From NCBI GenBank assembly GCA_905178155.1, contig CAJINV010000008.1:1488001-1552000 (forward strand): a DNA stretch of 64,000 nt. The letters are read 5' to 3'. Positions 57,901 through 64,000 of the stretch are shown piece after piece. The position numbers and the translations under genes are program-made. This DNA is from Amoebophrya sp. A120. Lineage: Eukaryota > Protista > Dinoflagellata. Within the stretch, counting starts at the first letter, position 1. Each line of letters opens with the position of its first letter. The notes under the pieces are model-generated. The model was not told the DNA's origin, did no database searches, and saw only the letters and a program-made list of their open reading frames with translations.

Positions 57901-60900
57901 AAATTGAAATTTCAATTTGTGATAACGAAAAATGAAATACAAGGTGGTGCAACAGATAGCCGGGACCGGCAAGCAACTCGCGCACCATAGACGCGTGGCG
58001 TTTCAAGCGGCGATGCGGATTGCCGTTTCACTTGGGCAGGGCAAATGGTTTATGGACCAAATGCAAGTTGGTGGCAACGCTGGGGCAGCGACCTGGAGGA
58101 CCACGCAGTACCACAAACTTGCTAGCGGGAAACGCGCAATCGCCTTGAAGGAAGGTCAGACTGGCGTGCGCCTGGGTGCGCAGATTATTCTCTGAAAATT
58201 TTCCATCCCCATCCAGTTTGTCATCGCAGAATTTATGGAGTAGAGTCGGCTTTTCTCCCGAGACCGGTCGGTAATTTTTGAGGCGACTGTTCGGGGTACT
58301 AGCGCGGGATTTGCTATGTTGAGGTCGCCGAAAGTTCTTGCTCGCCCTACCCCCAGGGGGGGGATCCTTGACCTGTGGCGCTGGGTGAGCAGGGTGCCCA
58401 CTACATGATGACGATGTTGACGATGATGCAAATAAAGAGGGATCGGGACGGTTATTAATTTTCAGGGAATACAGATCGCCCACCACACCGACGAAGCTTC
58501 ATCGCCGGAACTGTTTACCGTTAAAGAGATCGATCGGAGCCCAGCTGCTGCGACTGGGGACCTGTCGCGGAGTACCGTGCTTTTGAGGAATGAGCAGACC
58601 GGCAGTAGTTTGTGGGCGCGCGCGGGCGAGCTGTTCGTCGAGGAGCACCCAAGTGAGGAGCAAACCATGATGCTCCCCTCTTGGTCCGAAGTCGGTGGTC
58701 TCTCCTTCGATGACCCGTCGTATCAAACAAAAAAGTGCTAAAAACGTTAACGGTTATCATAGATTGCAAATATGCATGACAAATTTTGGCTTTGCCTAGC
58801 ATCAGAATGCATGCTAAGCATGACAAATTTCCGCACGTTTTGTGATGCATTACTGCATGCCAAATTCGCTCCGCTAACGTTAACACTTTTTGGTGTGATG
58901 CGTCGAATTGGGCTTTGATAACAGCAGTGCACCCCAGTTCTCCTGCAGCCCAGATGGGGATCCGAGAGGAGGACGAAATCGTGGCGATCAACGGCATCGA
59001 AATGAACACCACCGCCCACGATGCAGAACTGGTGGAAACCGAATTAAAATTACTCCGTGCTGCTTCACATCATCAAAACACAAGCGCATCAACAAGCACA
59101 AGCTTGTTAGCTGAAGCCCCAGCCGACCCCGGTCGTCATGCACAGCAGGCCAAGGAAGATGCGAAAAAAGATGTACTATCCGAATCTGCTCCGTTCGCCG
59201 GCGGCGATCGTGAAAAAGAACAAGGTGCTCGCGACGGCAAAAGTACGGCCGCGTCGTTGGAAGCAGAGCTGGAAGACATGCTTGCTGACATGGATAGCAA
59301 TCGCACGAACAGGGAGATCATGGAGCACGACACGACCTATCCTGTGCAAAAGTATCGTACTCGTATAAATAAATGCAAGTCTTGCATTACAAATCTTGTT
59401 CCCAAAGCAAATCTGCATTACAAATCTTATTTCTCTTGCTGAGAAAATTTGTAATGCATTCATACGAGCACGATACTTTTGCAATTCATACGACCAAGCG
59501 TTTAACTACAACTACCTTGAAAACTTCCGCCGTCGCAGCAGAACTACAGACTTCGTCGCAGCGGGTCGTCTCCTCTGTGCTTGATGACGCGGTCGTGGGT
59601 AGCATCGTCAAGGCCGCCAACGGGAACCAAAACAGGCACCGCGGCTACGCATCCGAGCGCGAGTGGGCGACTTCAGCAAACTTGGAATCCGTGCAACTGA
59701 TGTACCGCAGAGTGTCGATATCCTGTGCAAAAGTATCGTACTCGTATAAAAATAAATGCAGGTCTTGCATTACAAATTTCTTTATCAAGGCAAATCAGCA
59801 TTACAAATTCTATTTCTCATGCTAAGGAAATCTGTAATGCATTTATACGAGTACGATACTTTTGCACAGCATAGTCGAACGAGAACGTCGATCTCCTATC
59901 CACGCGGCAGGTCTTCTATCCCCCAGAAAAAGACCGACAGGTCATATTTGTAATGCAAAAATGAATAGACAAAAAAATCTGTATTGCATGCCCTAAACAG
60001 GATGTTATGGCCTCGCCCATGACAGATTTTCCTGTGTATTTATTTTTGCATTACAAATATGACCTGTCGGTCTTTTTCTGTGGGATATCTTCGTCTCGGA
60101 GCATGACGAGGAGCCGGAGGATATCCTGAGTAAAAACGTACCCACACCAGAGTTGTAATGCAAATCTGCATGCTGAAAATGTTTCTCATGCGGAGCCCCA
60201 TGAGAAGCATTTTCTAGTCGTGTTTTGCAATTTGTCATGCGCCAATCAGCATGAGATACTAGATCTGTAATGCTGCTAAACTAGCTCAAACAGCACTATA
60301 CGACGCGGACAAACTTGTCATGCCAAACAACCAAAGCTGGCTGATTTGTCTAGCAGATTCCCCATCCTGACTCTGGTGTGGGTACGTTTTTACTCAGGAT
60401 AGCGGACCACGATCACAGCCTTTCTCACAGGGACTTATGGAAGCGTCAGGTTGGAAATTTGCAAACTGGGAAATACTTGCGATGCTTAAATACGAGGCAC
60501 GAAGTGCCTGCGTTGCAGAAATTAAGGCATGCTCTTACTGTATCTATGTATGCATGCTCTACTTGACGTGGCTGCGGTCGGTTTAGCTTCTAAGGTTCAT
60601 TGCATTTACTTACTTCCATTTTCTCGATTTCCAGCCTGACAATCCCATGAACACTAGAACAAGAATCGGTCGAGTTATCCTGTGCAAAAGTATCGTACTC
60701 GTAGTAATTTAATTTGTGTGTTACAAATACAAATTTCTTTCTCAAGTCAAATCTGCATTACAAATTTCTCATCATGAGAAATATTAAGTTAATTAAGTTA
60801 ATAAATCAGGATGACACGCACATGCTGAGGACATGATTTGTCATGCGATTTATACGTAGTGCGATGCTTTTGCATTTCATACGAGTACAACGAAGTGGAT

Positions 60901-61379
60901 TTCACGTTCTCCCCTGCCTCCAGAAAAACCATCCAAGAGAGCGACGCGAGCGTCGCTTACGTCCCAACAACCACAAGTCCCAACGCGGCTGACACAGACC
61001 ACGAACAGGCGACTTTTGCAAGTTTGGAGCATTTTCAGTCGTCTCTGAACAACCCTGCCGACATTGCCGACCTAATGATCCAGGAGAATACGAAAGTCTA
61101 TCTGAAAAAGCTGGACACGGGCGTTTCTGATGAGAGCGGCAGGGAGGCATCAGGGAGAAAAATCAACTTGCGGAACATAGTATCACCCGGTGCAGTGATA
61201 GGAATGGACACATACCGAGAGATGCGAACGAACAGAGTACTTTTTCCACGGGCTGACTCTTTTGAGTGCGTCGAACTGGAAAAGCAGCGCCCAGGAAAGT
61301 CCGGGTGCGGCATCTTTCTGGCGGTGAACATGAAGGCCGACGAATTTGGCTACGTTCCCTTTGCCACCAAGGACAATCC
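54943..61379 (+). CDS. Secreted-type protein with a PDZ-like domain, split by 15 introners and one GT-AG intron (~57725-57943); 3' end interrupted or outside the window
   Basis: Each complete introner removal keeps one open frame; PDZ signature ITAVHPSSPAAQMGIREEDEIVAING (~58915-59000); hydrophobic N-terminus. Confidence 0.8.
55499..55761. mobile_element. Introner F1
   Basis: DR CGCAG, TIR. Confidence 0.9.
55815..55964. mobile_element. Introner F2
   Basis: DR GATGG, TIR. Confidence 0.9.
56280..56548. mobile_element. Introner F1
   Basis: DR CTGCT, TIR. Confidence 0.9.
56608..56889. mobile_element. Introner F3
   Basis: DR AAGAT, TIR. Confidence 0.9.
56937..57201. mobile_element. Introner F1, inverted relative to 14926
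   Basis: DR TCGGA; internal sequence is largely the reverse complement of the 14926 copy. Confidence 0.88.
57287..57597. mobile_element. Introner F5 (TATGGAAGCGTCAGG)
   Basis: Perfect 15-bp terminal TIR; DR GTACC/GTGCC. Confidence 0.88.
58186..58471. mobile_element. Introner (TATTCTCTGAAAATT; F7-related)
   Basis: DR CAGAT; removal gives AQIAHH. Confidence 0.82.
58721..58900. mobile_element. Introner F6-like
   Basis: DR CGTCG; imperfect TIR. Confidence 0.82.
59338..59490. mobile_element. Introner F2
   Basis: DR CGACC. Confidence 0.9.
59719..59873. mobile_element. Introner F2
   Basis: DR GTCGA. Confidence 0.9.
59917..60087. mobile_element. Introner F8 (TATCCCCCAGAAAAAGACCGACAGGTCATATTTGTAATGC), almost wholly palindromic
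   Basis: DR TCTTC; long TIR. Confidence 0.9.
60122..60401. mobile_element. Introner F3
   Basis: DR GAGGA/GCGGA. Confidence 0.88.
60436..60649. mobile_element. Introner F5, degenerate right end
   Basis: Left TIR intact; DR not conserved, but removal with 5 extra nt keeps the frame. Confidence 0.7.
60676..60881. mobile_element. Introner F2
   Basis: DR CGAGT; removal gives VEYNEVD. Confidence 0.88.
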
Positions 61380-61450
61380 TATCCTGTGCAAAAGTATCGT
61401 ACTCGTGGCAATTGCTATCATGCATTTCAAATATCCCTTTTATAACTCCT
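61380..61450. mobile_element. Left part of an F2 introner, truncated
   Basis: Left TIR present, no right TIR before the repeat block. Confidence 0.75.
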
Positions 61451-61615
61451 ATTGCTGAGCGGTGTGAGTTAAAACTTTGCGACGGGGACGAAAATCGTCC
61501 ACGCCGAATATTTTTTTACAATTTGCAAACTTTCCAAAGCTGTCGCGGTTTGGGAAGTCGCCCAACGCCCAACGGCCAACGGCTTCAAATGTTTATTGGC
61601 TTCGAGTGTTTGTTT

Positions 61616-62110
61616 TGCGGCTTCAAATATTTCGCGGCTTCAGATATTTCGCGGCTTCAAATATTTCGCGGCTGCAAATGTTTTGCGGCTGCAAATGTTT
61701 TGCGGCTTCAAATATTTCGCAGCTCGAAATATTCTGCAGCCCGAAATATTTTCCAGCTCGAAATATTTTCCAGCTCGAAATATTTTCCAGCTCGAAATAT
61801 TTTCCAGCTCGAAATATTTTCCAGCTCGAAATATTTTCCAGCTCGAAATATTTTCCAGCTCGAAATATTTTCCAGCTCGAAATATTTTCCAGCTCGAAAT
61901 ATTTTCCAGCTCGAAATATTTTCCAGCTCGAAATATTTTCCAGCTCGAAATATTTTCCAGCTCGAAATATTTTCCAGCTCGAAATATTTTCCAGCTCGAA
62001 ATATTTTCCAGCTCGAAATATTTTCCAGCTCGAAATATTTTCCAGCTCGAAATATTTTCCAGCTCGAAATATTTTCCAGCTCGAAATATTTTCTAGCTCG
62101 AAAATATTTC
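61616..62110. repeat. 17-bp minisatellite CGAAATATTTTCCAGCT (21 copies at 61742-62098, plus degenerate upstream units)
   Basis: Direct reading. Confidence 0.97.
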
Positions 62111-62291
62111 GCGACGCAAAATATTCTGCAGGGAGGGTCACTCGGATCTGCGTGATCGCGTGGCACTTCCTTACTGAAGTCCCGAAGGAAAAAAAAACCT
62201 CAGCTGATCGCGCGTCCGAGGAGAACAACGCGATCAGGCAGCCGACGGTGGCGATCGCAGCCCTGCAAGCTGTACATGGATTGCCACCTAT

Positions 62292-62915
62292 CCTACTGGG
62301 AAATCTTTCCCCTGGGTAGCCAGAATTGCTGCGCTAAACACAGCAAGTCGGGGAATACAAGCAAAATTCCCCCTCGCCGAGCCAGTATCTTCCCGCTTTC
62401 CCAATATCCCCTCACTATCCTGATACCCTCCCAGCACCCTACTGGGAAATCTTTCCCCTGGGTAGCCAGAATTGCTGTGCTAAGCACAGCAATTCGGGGA
62501 AAACCAGCAAAATTCTCCCACCGCGAACCCGTACTCTACAAATGCCCCAATATCCCCTCACTATCCTGATACCCTCCCAGTACCCTACTGGGAGGGAAAT
62601 CTGTCCCCTGGGTAGCCAGAAGTGCTGTGCTAAACACAGCAACTCGGGCAAAGCAGCAAACTTTCCCCAGCCGTTGCCAATATCCTCCACATACCCTGAA
62701 TATACCCTCCCAGTATCCTACTGAAAACCCTCTCCCCGGGTAGCCAGAATATCTATGCTGAGCGCGCCAATTCGTAAGACTAAAGAGAAGCAAACCGCTA
62801 TCATCCGTTCCCAATATCCTGTCAATAGACCGGTAGCCCCCAACTATCCCAATCCCTTCCCGTTAGCCCAATGTCTTCCCCGGGTAGCCAGAATAGCTGT
62901 GCTAAACGCAGCAAC
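62292..62915. repeat. ~146-bp degenerate tandem repeat (CCTACTGGGAAATCTTTCCCCTGGGTAGCCAGAATTGCTG core), ~4.5 units
   Basis: Unit starts 62292, 62438, 62584, 62717, partial ~62860. Confidence 0.85.
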
Positions 62916-63019
62916 TCGCGAAAAAAACCGAAAAGCCCCGAAATCTCCCCCGAAAATGCCCTTGGGCATCTCCAACCGAAATTCCGCCTGGATATGCCTT
63001 GGGGCGTCTTGCTTCGCCT

Positions 63020-63440
63020 GAAATTGCAGCAACGCCCGCGCCGCAGATGCCTTCTCAATGTGTTTCCAGCTGGATTCCCAGATAGAAATGGAACAGGCCT
63101 CTTCAGCTGGAAATCCAGCTGGAAACACTTTGAACAGCAACAGGCCAGGTGGGAAATGCATTGAGAAGGCGTCTGCAGCTGCATTTCCAGGTGGAAATGC
63201 GCTGCAGCAGATGCCTTTTCCAAATGTTTCCAGCTGGATTCCCAGCTGGAAACGCATTGAAAACGTCTGCCGCCGTCTGGGGAACGCCGCCGGCGGCCAA
63301 GCACCAGGCGAGCAGCTGCCCACCACCCTCCCCCGGCGCCCTCCCTCTGTTCGCGAAGGGAAAGTCGCGCCCCAGCGCCAGGCTTGCGCGCGAGCAGCTG
63401 CCCACCACCCTCCCCCGGCGCCCTCCCTCTGTTCACGAAG
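63020..63440. repeat. Palindrome-rich repeats (TTCCAGCTGGA; GCAGATGCCTTCTCAATG direct and inverted) and a ~43-bp direct repeat (63309 / 63392)
   Basis: Direct reading. Confidence 0.7.
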
Positions 63441-64000
63441 AGGCCGGCAGAGGGCGCCACCGTCCGCCGTTTCTGTCTTGGAGGGTGCGCGCGAGGGAAG
63501 CAGGCGGGGGCGAAACAGATTGCATGCGGGCTAACACGGGAGGCGCCGTTGCTGTCCGGGGGTGCTGGGGGAGAATGGTGGGCCCCTGCGCCTGGGAGGC
63601 AATGAATGCCCCGCCCCGGCGCCCGTCTATCTTCCATCCACACGCGCGGCAGGGGCCGCAACGCGCCCCCGTTCTGCAAAGCCGCGCGCGGGAGCAGGGC
63701 GGGGGGCACCAAGGCGCACAGGGGCGGGGCACACAGGCAGGCGGCACGAACGGGCCACACCGCAAACGCGCGGGCGGGGCGTCACGCGCCAGCGCCTCGC
63801 ATGGCGCGCACTGTTCCCCTGCTTCCTTCCCCCGTCCACTGGCGGCCGCCCGCTGCCGCGCTTTGCGTTGTTGCTTGGGCCTAAGGCTTGCCGCCACGCA
63901 AACGCGCGCCCAGTGCGGGCGGGGTCCTCGCGCTCGCACAACGACGGGAACCACGGGCGCCATGGCGCTCCGCCTTCGTTCTTTCAGCAAGAGGGGCGCA

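Noticed and set aside
38962-60886. Same CGAGT duplication for the Copia and the introner at 60676
   Set aside because: One match among about 30 different 5-mers is compatible with chance.
11459-61379. Stop-codon reassignment in the host genes
   Set aside because: Reconstructed genes and the Copia ORF read through under the standard code and end at normal stops; the interruptions are explained by introns.
61346-62319. ORFs in several frames with 17-aa repeats
   Set aside because: Artefact of a stop-free 17-bp minisatellite.
62822-63990. 312-aa and other ORFs in the GC-rich end
   Set aside because: Low-complexity, repeat-derived, no motifs.

Overview
Eukaryotic nuclear DNA from an alveolate. 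The gene style and dense non-canonical repeat introns fit a parasitic syndinean dinoflagellate such as Amoebophrya (inferred, not proven). The + strand carries two cathepsin C/DPAP-like protease genes, a coiled-coil gene, BBS9, a membrane protein, a secreted lectin-like gene, a C-terminal TM protein and a PDZ-containing gene. About 34 TIR introners (TAT...ATA ends, 5-bp direct repeats, roughly 8 families) interrupt these genes or gene fragments, and removing each complete one restores the reading frame. A full-length 10.7-kb Ty1/Copia LTR retrotransposon (38967-49677, TSD CGAGT) sits inside the lectin-like gene. Unusually, it encodes an exonuclease III/AP-endonuclease domain between protease and integrase. 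Two unexplained arrays (3428-10370 and 27402-32603) consist of a constant 33-58 bp joint sequence separating kb-sized cargo segments. One cargo holds a periodic 16-bp motif array with unique spacers. The window ends in a satellite/repeat block. All calls were made by eye; no searches were run.
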